Assembly (NCBI RefSeq): GCF_008329965.1
Contig: NZ_CP036150.1
Span: 2,808,439 to 2,832,438 of the forward strand
DNA: 24,000 nt
Source: Oceanispirochaeta crateris
GTDB lineage: Bacteria > Spirochaetota > Spirochaetia > DSM-2461
Reading direction: 5' to 3'
This document shows, one piece after another, positions 1-8,119 of the stretch (position 1 is its first letter; the number at the start of each line of letters is the position of its first letter). Below the pieces are notes generated by a model. That model searched no databases, was not told the DNA's origin, and was given only the letters and a program-made list of their open reading frames with translations. The translations under genes and the position numbers were made by a program.

Positions 1-2
1 AG

Positions 3-497
3 ATTGATATTATTACCGGTACTCTGGGGAAGGCTTTGGGAGGAGCGTCAGGGGGATACACATCAGGCAGAAAGGAGATCATCTCCTGGTTGAGGCAGAG
101 GTCAAGGCCCTACTTGTTTTCAAACTCCCTAGCCCCTGTTATGACTTCAACAGCCCTGAAAACACTAGAACTCTTAAAAACGGGCAACGAGCTGAGAGAC
201 AAGTTATTTTCCCAGACAAGGATATTCAGACAATCCTTATCAGAAGCGGGTTTCTCCATCGTTGAAGGTGTACACCCCATTGTTCCCCTGATGCTGGGTG
301 ATGCATCATTGGCTGAAAGAATGGCTGACAGACTGCTTTCAAAGGGAATTTATGCCATAGGATTCTCCTACCCTGTAGTCCCCATGGGAAAAGCCCGTAT
401 CAGGTTCCAGATGTCCGCAGCCCACAGCATGGAGGATGTAAGGCTAGCCGTGGAGAAAATCATAGAAACAGGCCGTGAATTGGGAGTGATACAATGA
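3..497 (+). CDS. kbl: 2-amino-3-ketobutyrate CoA ligase (glycine C-acetyltransferase), C-terminal part; the 5' end lies outside the window
   Basis: The frame is open from nt 3 ([19 protein letters not shown]...), upstream of the track ORF 36..497. TLGKA matches the PLP-lysine motif of alpha-oxoamine synthases. The 4-nt ATGA overlap with the downstream tdh reproduces the classical kbl-tdh arrangement. Confidence 0.9.
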   Translation: MDIITGTLGKALGGASGGYTSGRKEIISWLRQRSRPYLFSNSLAPVMTSTALKTLELLKTGNELRDKLFSQTRIFRQSLSEAGFSIVEGVHPIVPLMLGDASLAERMADRLLSKGIYAIGFSYPVVPMGKARIRFQMSAAHSMEDVRLAVEKIIETGRELGVIQ

Positions 498-1519
498 AAG
501 CATTAGCTAAGACAGAGTCAAAACAGGGCCTATGGATGATTGATGCTCCCCTCCCCCAATTTGGTCCGAACGATCTTCTCATCAAGATTAAAATTACCGC
601 CATCTGTGGCACAGATGTTCATATCTACAATTGGGATGAATGGTCCCAAAGAACCATCCCTGTTCCAATGATTACAGGGCATGAGTTTGTCGGGCGAATA
701 GAAGACATGGGCAGCGAGGTCACAGGATTCAAAAGAGGAGACAGGGTGACAGGAGAAGGACATCTTACCTGTGGTCACTGCCGAAACTGCCGGGCCGGAA
801 AAAGGCATCTTTGCCGAAACACGCAGGGAATTGGGGTCAACAGGACAGGATCCTTTGCCGAATACCTGGTTCTTCCCGCGGAAAATGCCTTTAAATTGGA
901 CGATTTTATAAGTGATGAAGCCGCAGCCATCTTCGATCCTTTTGGTAATGCCGTTCACACGGCCCTGTCTTTTGACCTAGTAGGTGAAGATGTACTCATT
1001 ACGGGGGCTGGTCCCATCGGCATAATGGCGGCAGCCGTAGCCCGGCACGCAGGAGCCCGATATGTGATCATCACCGATGTCAATGAATACCGCCTGAACC
1101 TGGCCCGACAGATGGGAGTCACTCGGGGTGTCAACATCAAAACAGACAAACTGGAAGATGTCATGAGTGAACTTCATATGCTCGAAGGCTTCGATGTCGG
1201 CCTGGAAATGTCCGGGAATGCCCAGGCTCAATCACAGATGTTTGACAAGATGAATAATGGCGGGCACGTCGCACTCCTGGGGATTCCTCCGGGAGACAGC
1301 GTCGTCAACTGGAATCAGATTATCTTCAAGGGTTTGCACTTGAAGGGAATTTACGGGCGGGAGATGTATGAAACATGGTACAAAATGGCGGCCATGATCC
1401 GCTCCGGACTGGATATATCCAGAATCATCACCCACCGAATGCCTGTGGATGAATTTGAACGGGGATTTGAAATCATGAGGGGAGGCCAATCGGGTAAAAT
1501 CCTTTTATACTGGGATTGA
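494..1519 (+). CDS. tdh: L-threonine 3-dehydrogenase (zinc-dependent MDR family)
   Basis: 341 aa. Motifs read directly: CGTDVH and GHEFVG (catalytic zinc region), the structural-zinc cysteine cluster [15 protein letters not shown], and Rossmann GAGPIG. The start overlaps the kbl stop. Confidence 0.93.
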   Translation: MKALAKTESKQGLWMIDAPLPQFGPNDLLIKIKITAICGTDVHIYNWDEWSQRTIPVPMITGHEFVGRIEDMGSEVTGFKRGDRVTGEGHLTCGHCRNCRAGKRHLCRNTQGIGVNRTGSFAEYLVLPAENAFKLDDFISDEAAAIFDPFGNAVHTALSFDLVGEDVLITGAGPIGIMAAAVARHAGARYVIITDVNEYRLNLARQMGVTRGVNIKTDKLEDVMSELHMLEGFDVGLEMSGNAQAQSQMFDKMNNGGHVALLGIPPGDSVVNWNQIIFKGLHLKGIYGREMYETWYKMAAMIRSGLDISRIITHRMPVDEFERGFEIMRGGQSGKILLYWD

Positions 1520-1549
1520 ACAGCCCTGCCAATGATTCTATAGTAAGCT

Positions 1550-2719
1550 ATGAATCCGACTGATAAGTATAAGAAATCCTACAATCTAGTCTACTTTTTT
1601 CTATTCGGAGCACTGGCCTCCCTCTACCCCTTCTTTCCACTGATACTGCAGAGCAAGGGTTTTGAACCCTCCAGAGTTGGATTTCTTATGGGAAGTTATG
1701 AATTTGTTAGCATTATGGGCCTTCTTATTATTGGTCATTTTTATGATCGCATACGATCTCCAAGACGGACTATGATAGGGATTGCTCTTTTGAGTATCCT
1801 GACTCTCTACCTCATTAGCCGGGTCATGAGCCTGTTTATCCTTGTTCCTTTGACCTTATGCCTGGGGTTTGTGATCAAATCACCAAGCTCCCTAATCGAT
1901 GCCCATTATGGGCAAACAATGCCAGACTCCCAGGGCAGTTATGGGAAGTCGCGTCTTTTCGGCAGTCTGGGTTTCTTTTTTGTTGCCATGCTCATTCAAA
2001 TGACAAAATGGGTGGAAGGAGCCCGTCCCGGATCTGTATTTATTGCCTACTCGTTACTGATGGTGATAGCCCTGCCCCTGATCATTTCCCTTCCGGCAGC
2101 CCATCTCTCACAGGAGCATCAAATACCTTCTTCATTTCTGAAGACCATTAAAAACTTTCCGAAGACCTACTGGATAGGACTATCCATAGCCTCCCTCAAT
2201 TTCATGGGAATGTCCGGTCATTATACGTTTTTCTCCCTCCTCCTAAAAAATAGATTTAACACAGGTGATATTGGTGGTTTTTGGGCCATAGGACCACTTT
2301 TCGAAATCCCTCTATTCTTCTTTTCAGGATGGATACTCAGAAAACTGGGGTTGAAAAAGCTATGGCTTCTCTGTCTTGCAGCAGGAGTCATTAGGATGCA
2401 GGTATATTCCCTGGCCCAAACACTGGTTCCCCTCTATATTGTCCAGGTAACACACAGCCTCTCGTTTGGTTTCAACCACCTGGCCATGGTGACCCTCATT
2501 TCAAAAACAACATCGCAGGCCAACAGGGGTGTTGCCATGTCGGTTTACTCTGCCATAGGAATGGGTCTCTCACTGTTCGTTGGAGGGTTCCTGGGGGGAT
2601 GGATTCTTGGTTTTTCAGATTACCCTGTTCTTTTTCAGGTATTCTCGGTATTTCCCCTTCTGGGAATGGGCATAAACCTGATTTTTTTCCGTCAGAAGGT
2701 CAGCTCTGACCAGGGATGA
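1550..2719 (+). CDS. MFS transporter (MFS_1_like / HcaT-PPP-like), substrate unknown
   Basis: 389 aa, hydrophobic throughout, with about 12 helices in a 6+6 layout split by a polar central loop (HLSQEHQIPSSFLKTIKNFPKTY). There is no SD before the ATG. It lies 30 nt downstream of tdh. Confidence 0.75.
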   Translation: MNPTDKYKKSYNLVYFFLFGALASLYPFFPLILQSKGFEPSRVGFLMGSYEFVSIMGLLIIGHFYDRIRSPRRTMIGIALLSILTLYLISRVMSLFILVPLTLCLGFVIKSPSSLIDAHYGQTMPDSQGSYGKSRLFGSLGFFFVAMLIQMTKWVEGARPGSVFIAYSLLMVIALPLIISLPAAHLSQEHQIPSSFLKTIKNFPKTYWIGLSIASLNFMGMSGHYTFFSLLLKNRFNTGDIGGFWAIGPLFEIPLFFFSGWILRKLGLKKLWLLCLAAGVIRMQVYSLAQTLVPLYIVQVTHSLSFGFNHLAMVTLISKTTSQANRGVAMSVYSAIGMGLSLFVGGFLGGWILGFSDYPVLFQVFSVFPLLGMGINLIFFRQKVSSDQG

Positions 2720-4134
2720 GAACCATCCTTCTGATAAACATGAAATTCTCTTGTTTTCATATTTGCCAAAAGCCGGACAGCAGATTTTTTGTGGGATCTG
2801 ATGATTTCAAGCTCTCCATCGGGGGTGGACTGAATCAGTCTAAAGTCTCCTGAAAAAGCGGGATGCCTATTCCTGAATTTCATCATTCTGAGCAAACTGG
2901 CAACTACCGGCCTCCCGATTTCTCTCCGGATTTCTTCCAGGCTATAGGAGTGCCGATTGATATCCCGTCCATTCATGGTTTTCTCAACGAGTTCAATATC
3001 ATTGAGACCAGCCAGCATACCCACATAGTAAACCTGGGGAATACCGGGTGCAAAAAACTGTACAGCCCGTGCCAGCAGGTAGGCCTGATCGTCCCCCCCC
3101 AGAGCTGAGTAATAACTACAATTGATCTGATAGATATCCAGATTATTGTACTCCTGAGAGCTGTAACGACGACTTACATTAGAACCTTTTTCATACAAAG
3201 CATTACAGGTTTCATCAATCTCTCCGGGAGTCAGGAGGTCGGCAACATCCACAACTCCAATACCATCATGAGTATCTAAAGTCGTAAATTGATGATATGG
3301 GCACTGCTCCAGCCACGCCCCCAGCCTATCTGCCCGACCACTATACAGGCTATGAAGGAGCAACATGGGTAAAGCAAAATCATAGACACCATACCCCTGA
3401 TCCGACAGCTTCCTGGAAATAGAGTAGTGCTCATGGATTTCCGGCAGGAGTTCGACTCCCCGGGGAGCGAGTACGTCTCTGTAATCACCCAAGATCTCCC
3501 AGATGTCCGGCTCCAGAAAGAAACAGGAGCTTCCCGCTTTTTTAGTAACATAGGCAAAGGCGTCCAACCGAATCAGAACAGCCCCTTGATCTGCAAGAAA
3601 GTTCAGACTATCCAGAATATACCGGCGGCCTGTAGCTGAACGGACATCCAAATCAATCTGCTCTTCTGAAAATGTACACCAGAGAGTACTGATACGGCCG
3701 TCTTTGTGCGTCACATCGATCCAGGGCATTCGTGGTTTCCGTGTATAAATTTTTGAAAGTTCCTCTTTTGTAAACTTCCCCCCGGGTTTAACCTTATTCA
3801 CAGGAAGAAAAAGATCGGCCCAGGGACTTTCCTCTCCAGATTGAACAAAATCCTGAAATTCGGCTGACTGCCGTGAAAGATGATTGACCATCAGGTCTAC
3901 GACAAGATCGTACTCTTTTGCGATCCGATGTATATCTTCCCAGCATCCAAAAGCAGGATCAACCTCTTTATACCCCAGTGGGGAAAACCCCCGGTCTCCC
4001 GAAGATGGAAAAAAGGGAAGGATATGCACCCCGGAGAGACAGCCCCTCAAGGGACCTTCCAGGGCCTCATACAATTCCCTGAGATTTTGACCGAGGCTGT
4101 CGGGATATGTGATCAGCTGTATACCTTGTTTCAT
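2692..4134 (-). CDS. GH13_18 sucrose-phosphorylase-family glucoside phosphorylase (exact acceptor specificity not assignable)
   Basis: 480 aa. GH13 catalytic blocks are visible: IRLDAFAY (nucleophile Asp), LLPEIHEH (acid/base Glu) and TLDTHDGIG. The N-terminal ITYPDSLG and C-terminal NGRDINRH blocks are typical of sucrose phosphorylase relatives. AGAGG lies 5 nt upstream of the ATG. Confidence 0.85.
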   Translation of the reverse strand: MKQGIQLITYPDSLGQNLRELYEALEGPLRGCLSGVHILPFFPSSGDRGFSPLGYKEVDPAFGCWEDIHRIAKEYDLVVDLMVNHLSRQSAEFQDFVQSGEESPWADLFLPVNKVKPGGKFTKEELSKIYTRKPRMPWIDVTHKDGRISTLWCTFSEEQIDLDVRSATGRRYILDSLNFLADQGAVLIRLDAFAYVTKKAGSSCFFLEPDIWEILGDYRDVLAPRGVELLPEIHEHYSISRKLSDQGYGVYDFALPMLLLHSLYSGRADRLGAWLEQCPYHQFTTLDTHDGIGVVDVADLLTPGEIDETCNALYEKGSNVSRRYSSQEYNNLDIYQINCSYYSALGGDDQAYLLARAVQFFAPGIPQVYYVGMLAGLNDIELVEKTMNGRDINRHSYSLEEIRREIGRPVVASLLRMMKFRNRHPAFSGDFRLIQSTPDGELEIIRSHKKSAVRLLANMKTREFHVYQKDGSHPWSELTF

Positions 4135-4448
4135 GAATACCTCTAGTATGAAGCCTCCCAGAGATCGTGTCTTGGGAAGATCGATAGACCATAAATGACA
4201 AAGGCTGATAATCGAGTGGGTTACGGGCTAGGAGATTTGAATACCACATAAGTCAGATTCATGCCAAAAATAATCCTCAAAAGCTTTGTACCCGATAATA
4301 ATAAAAACTATAGCATATAAGAACAAGCGTTTCCACTTCATGATCCAGTATTTACAAACAGACCTCATGGGAGGAAGGATGGAGTTTTCGTTTCATGTTC
4401 CTAAAAAAACAGCTTATCCGAATCCAAAATATATAATATGATTATAGA

Positions 4449-5150
4449 ATGAACAGAATCAGTGACCAGGAACTCTTGGATATCCAAAAACAGTTCCCTT
4501 CAGCATTAAGCTACCTGACATCCATTTTTATAATCAATAGGGAATATGGAAAGGTCGGCAATTCAAGACTGGCAAGCCGGTTAAAAGTATCCAAACCGGC
4601 GGCCAACCAGGCCATGGGCCGTCTCAAAAAACTAGGGTATGCGGAACAGGCTCCTTATGAATCAATCCGTTTGACATCAGAAGGTCTGCGTTTTGCCGAA
4701 TCAGTGCTCATACGCCACTATCTCATTGAACATCTGCTTATATCCAAACTGGATTATCCCTGGGAAAAGTCAGATGATGAAGCCCAGCGTTTGCAGGCCT
4801 CCTTGTCAGAAGATTTTACAAAATACTTGTATGAATACTTTGGTCATCCGCGTACCTGCCCACATGGAAACCCATTTCCAGGTGCTTTGGGAGAGGAAGA
4901 GCTTATAAATGCCGAGAGAGTCTCCAAGGCTCCCATGCTCACAGACCTGGTACTCATCCGCATCACAGAAGAGGGAGAAGCCAGAGATGGTCTTTTGCCT
5001 TTCTGCCACAAAATGGACCTTTATCCTGGAAAAAAACTACAAGTGAATGCCAGGGATGATCAGAATATAACGGTAATAATGGATGATAAAGAGATACGAA
5101 TTCCCCTAGAAATAGCAGGCTTCCTCTGCTACAGGCCGCTCGGGGATTGA
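4449..5150 (+). CDS. DtxR/MntR-family transcriptional regulator with a C-terminal FeoA/SH3-like domain; metal ligands largely substituted
   Basis: 233 aa. It has a winged-HTH region (RLASRLKVSKPAANQAMGRLKKLGY), a dimerisation helix (IRHYLIEHLL), the family-typical HPRTCPHGNPFPG block, and a C-terminal beta-rich domain. No SD is present. TATAAT at 4432-4437 lies 11 nt before the ATG. Confidence 0.8.
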   Translation: MNRISDQELLDIQKQFPSALSYLTSIFIINREYGKVGNSRLASRLKVSKPAANQAMGRLKKLGYAEQAPYESIRLTSEGLRFAESVLIRHYLIEHLLISKLDYPWEKSDDEAQRLQASLSEDFTKYLYEYFGHPRTCPHGNPFPGALGEEELINAERVSKAPMLTDLVLIRITEEGEARDGLLPFCHKMDLYPGKKLQVNARDDQNITVIMDDKEIRIPLEIAGFLCYRPLGD

Positions 5151-5171
5151 TTAAGACAACAGGAGAAGGGA

Positions 5172-5786
5172 ATGGCACGGATCAACTGGAAGCCGGGAAA
5201 CATGATATTTCCGGTTCCTGCAGTCTTGGTTAGTTGTGGAAATAGAGAAAACGGATACAATCTGATCACTGTCTCTTGGACAGGAACGATCTGTACAAAT
5301 CCTCCCATGTGTTACATATCACTCAGAAAAGAGCGCCTTTCCCATGAAATCATCAGCAGGGATAGGGAATTCGTAATCAACCTCTCAACCGAAAAAATGG
5401 CGAAAGCCACCGACTGGTGCGGTGTCAAATCAGGACGAGATTTTGATAAGTTCAAAGAATGCGGTTTTACTGCTGTTCCGGCTCAAAAAGTAGTAGCCCC
5501 ACTGGTAGGAGAGTCCCCGGTAGCCATCGAATGTAGGGTCTCTGAAATTAAGGAATTGGGAAGTCACGACATGTTTCTGGCCGAAGTCCTGTCTGTGAGC
5601 GTAGATGACCAGTTCCTGGACGGTTCCAACGGTGCCTTTGATATGGGGGCTGCCGGCCTCATCGCCAGCTCTCACGGAAAATACTGTGGTTTGAAAGAAC
5701 CATTGGGTCACTTCGGCTATTCAGTCAAAAAGCCGAAAAAGAAAAGTAAAAAACCTTCCCGTAAAAAAAAGCCCCAACGAAGCTGA
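5172..5786 (+). CDS. Flavin reductase-like (FMN-binding split-barrel) protein with a polybasic C-terminal tail
   Basis: 204 aa. The flavin-reductase-domain pattern is present (PVPAVLVSCG...NLITVSWTG...ISLRKERLSHEIISRDREFVINL...CGVKSGRDFDKF). A strong SD (AGGAGAAGGG) precedes the start, which is 21 nt after the DtxR-like gene. The last 19 aa are KKPKKKSKKPSRKKKPQRS. Confidence 0.8.
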   Translation: MARINWKPGNMIFPVPAVLVSCGNRENGYNLITVSWTGTICTNPPMCYISLRKERLSHEIISRDREFVINLSTEKMAKATDWCGVKSGRDFDKFKECGFTAVPAQKVVAPLVGESPVAIECRVSEIKELGSHDMFLAEVLSVSVDDQFLDGSNGAFDMGAAGLIASSHGKYCGLKEPLGHFGYSVKKPKKKSKKPSRKKKPQRS

Positions 5787-5787
5787 A

Positions 5788-6963
5788 TTACTCCTGATTT
5801 TTCTCCAGAGCCCGCTCATAAAAATCTTCAATGGCCCACATCATCCGGTAGTCGGGCCAACCGATCATAAGAGACTCACAAAGGATGAGAACATTCTCCC
5901 AACTTTCCCTTCCATACCAGACTAAAAGCTCCTGATAAATCAGCTCTGGAAGGAATGGATCATCGGGCATGCGGTTTTTTGCCTCCATTGAGATGGCAAT
6001 TACGGCATCCTGCATTCTGTCCGCTTCCTGGACATGATTAAAGTATTCAACTGCATAATCTCCAATTTCCATCATAACAGTTTGAGCATGCCATAAAACT
6101 TCCGCTCTGGTACTCCCCCAGGTCAGTTCGGGATGTTCTTGGATTCTCGAAGTCAACTCCTGATAATCTTCTCCCTTCATGGCTTTTTCACTGATCATAT
6201 CTCCCCAGCTTTGAAATGGTTCCTGGCTGGCCTGCCCCATAAGATTATCCAGCCGCTTATAAAGCACATTGATTTCCCTCTGATAACGGGCTTTTCTGAA
6301 ATCCTTTAAGAATCGGTAACTCTCTTCCAGACTATCCCTTGGCCCCTGAAAGGAAGGGTCCAGAGCCAAGGCTTCCTGAAAACTCTTACTAGCCAGATCA
6401 TACTCTTCGCCGTCCAGAGACAAGAGTCCTTTATAGTAGAACTGAAGAGCTTCCTGAGAGGCGGACATTCCCATTCCATTTGGTGTGACCCCGTAAAAAC
6501 CTCCCAGGGCCCAGGCCAGAGACGCTTCCAAATCAAAATACTCCTGAATAGTGCTATCTCTGGATACGGCAAAAAGGATTTCTCCGCTGGTCGTATCTAT
6601 CACCTTAACTGAAACCCTGATCCTGCCATCTAAAACGAGATAACTTCCCCGTATCAACTGGGTTGCATTCAATATTTTCCCCAGTTCTAGAGCCGTCGAT
6701 TCATCGCTAATACCACTTAATCCCAACTTCTGTTCTTTCAATACAGACTCAAGATCCTCCCTCTCAACAAGGGTAATCTGAGGTGAAACAAGGCGGCTAC
6801 CCAGACCATCGGCAAAAGCCCTGGACATCCATTGCTCTTCGGGGTGACCGGCCGTATTTTCAAAGTGAAAAATCGTGATAACCTGCTCTGAGTTTCCCCA
6901 GAGCAAGACTGAGGCAGAAATAAAAACCCCCAGAAATAGAATTCGCATCGTCGTTCTATTCAT
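5788..6963 (-). CDS. Exported protein: TolB-N/FlgO/CsgG-like N-terminal domain plus a helical (TPR-like) C-terminal region
   Basis: 391 aa. It begins with a signal-peptide-like N-terminus (MRILFLGVFISASVLLWG). The segment VEREDLESVLKEQKLGLSGISDESTALELGKILNATQLIRGSYLVLDGRIRVSVKVIDTTSGEILF matches the pattern of TolB-N-like periplasmic domains. The remainder is helical-repeat-like (ALQFYYKGLLSLDGEEYDLASKSFQEALALDP). The start overlaps the upstream gene's stop by 8 nt. Confidence 0.6.
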   Translation of the reverse strand: MNRTTMRILFLGVFISASVLLWGNSEQVITIFHFENTAGHPEEQWMSRAFADGLGSRLVSPQITLVEREDLESVLKEQKLGLSGISDESTALELGKILNATQLIRGSYLVLDGRIRVSVKVIDTTSGEILFAVSRDSTIQEYFDLEASLAWALGGFYGVTPNGMGMSASQEALQFYYKGLLSLDGEEYDLASKSFQEALALDPSFQGPRDSLEESYRFLKDFRKARYQREINVLYKRLDNLMGQASQEPFQSWGDMISEKAMKGEDYQELTSRIQEHPELTWGSTRAEVLWHAQTVMMEIGDYAVEYFNHVQEADRMQDAVIAISMEAKNRMPDDPFLPELIYQELLVWYGRESWENVLILCESLMIGWPDYRMMWAIEDFYERALEKNQE

Positions 6964-7774
6964 CCCTCAGAAGCTCCCGGTCTATGGCAGCGGAAAATTC
7001 CTCATCTGATGCAAAGCGATGAAGAACCTTCTGTGCCGCACGCTCTCGGGCTTGTTCATAATTCAAGCCGCCATCTTTTACGGGACCATAGACTCTGGTG
7101 AAAATAAGAACTCCATACTGCATGAAGCTAACCGTACCCGTTACTTTTGAAAAAGAAATCCCCCCACCATCTTCTAACTGAGGATAATCAGAAACCTCCC
7201 AGTCGAGCTTTATTTCATAGGGCGTTTTCTTGCCACCAGGAAGAAGTTTCAGTGGCAGTTTTTTACCATTTAGGGCCGAAAGAAAGGAAACATTCAGACC
7301 AGAGGATTCATCCAGCCCGGAAGGAACGGGAACAGAAGCTCGGCGGTCTTCTCTTTGAATCCTAGCCCACTCCTTTTGATCCATCCTCACAAGAACCCAA
7401 TATCCGCGATCAGGGTGATACCATGAATCAAGAGTCTGCAGATTCACAAGACTTTGTTCCACCGATTGCAAAACCCGGCTCTCCACGGTCTCACGAGTGA
7501 TACCATCAGCATTGGCACTGTTGGTAATGTCAAGAACTGAAACAACATCAACAGAGATGGATGCTGCCAGATCTGTTCGGGCACGGATGAGGGCGATTTC
7601 ACGGTCCTTCCCTTCATTCTGTGTATCCGACCCCCCTATACCATAATAAAATCCGGCTTCTGATGGTGGAGCATTCAACCATTGAGGCTCCGTTAAGGAT
7701 TGTTTTTGAGTAGGGGTAGCGCAAGAAGCAAGAAAGAGAAGGAAGCCGGTTGTGAAGATCAAAGAACAGCGCAT
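6956..7774 (-). CDS. LPP20-family lipoprotein with an uncharacterised C-terminal domain
   Basis: 272 aa. It has a lipobox (FLASC) after a hydrophobic N-terminus. An LPP20-like block is present (PQWLNAPPSEAGFYYGIGGSD...REIALIRARTDLAASISVDVVS...GYWVLVRMD). AGGAGA SD lies upstream of the ATG. Confidence 0.65.
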   Translation of the reverse strand: MRCSLIFTTGFLLFLASCATPTQKQSLTEPQWLNAPPSEAGFYYGIGGSDTQNEGKDREIALIRARTDLAASISVDVVSVLDITNSANADGITRETVESRVLQSVEQSLVNLQTLDSWYHPDRGYWVLVRMDQKEWARIQREDRRASVPVPSGLDESSGLNVSFLSALNGKKLPLKLLPGGKKTPYEIKLDWEVSDYPQLEDGGGISFSKVTGTVSFMQYGVLIFTRVYGPVKDGGLNYEQARERAAQKVLHRFASDEEFSAAIDRELLRDE

Positions 7775-7905
7775 AAGAGTCTCCTAATTGTAGCAATATC
7801 ATTATAGTATCTTGCGTTTTTACATGGCAGTCTAAGTCGTCCTGATGACAATAGAATAGGACGATCTTACTTCTTCAGCATTGAACCAGGGGAACGCAAA
7901 TAAGG

Positions 7906-7935
7906 ATTGACATTTCCGGATATTCAATATTATAG
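7906..7935 (+). promoter_or_regulatory. Candidate sigma70-type promoter in the lon upstream region
   Basis: A perfect TTGACA sits at 7906-7911. Possible -10 boxes are ATTATA (16-nt spacer) or TATAGA (18-nt spacer). Either would give a roughly 180-nt leader before lon. Confidence 0.3.
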
Positions 7936-8119
7936 ATTCTCCTCCTAGTGAACGCCACACTGAGATTTCACATTCTACAGATAAACTTCATACCAAAACC
8001 ATGATTAATGCATTAAATTTAAAAAATAGTAGATACACTCCTTTTTTACTAGTAATTAGTAAAATTTCCTTTACCAGCAGGTGAGGGATGAGTATTTTCT
8101 CTTTAGAAGAGGTAGACAA

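Noticed and set aside
494-497. The ATGA overlap of kbl and tdh, and the 8-nt overlaps at 6956-6963 and 21006-21013, as possible recoding sites.
   Set aside because: These are ordinary translational-coupling overlaps. Both partners have intact frames, so there is no evidence for frameshifting.
530-1489. Antisense ORFs inside tdh (530..958, 955..1164, 977..1231, 1232..1489), and similar antisense or alternate-frame ORFs inside the MFS, phosphorylase, lon (for example 9118..9462, 10078..10476), leuC, permease, chemoreceptor, GGDEF, sufB and sufD genes.
   Set aside because: They overlap strongly supported genes. Their translations are low-complexity (Ser/Pro/Arg-rich) with no recognisable domains or SD sites. 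This is the expected by-product of codon structure on the opposite strand.
7834-7866. An inverted repeat TCGTCCT...AGGACGA with a 14-nt loop in the spacer between the LPP20 gene and lon, and an AT-rich hairpin GATAAAA-N7-TTTTATC at 13335-13355.
   Set aside because: These are short stems in AT-rich spacers with no associated U-tract or obvious positional logic. They are likely chance dyads.
8081-8119. The upstream start of lon used by the track, and likewise the GTG at 10656 for the XRE gene, GTG at 12627 for leuD and TTG at 19800 for the oxidoreductase.
   Set aside because: In each case a downstream ATG has a properly spaced SD and gives the family-typical N-terminus. The extensions add non-conserved residues.
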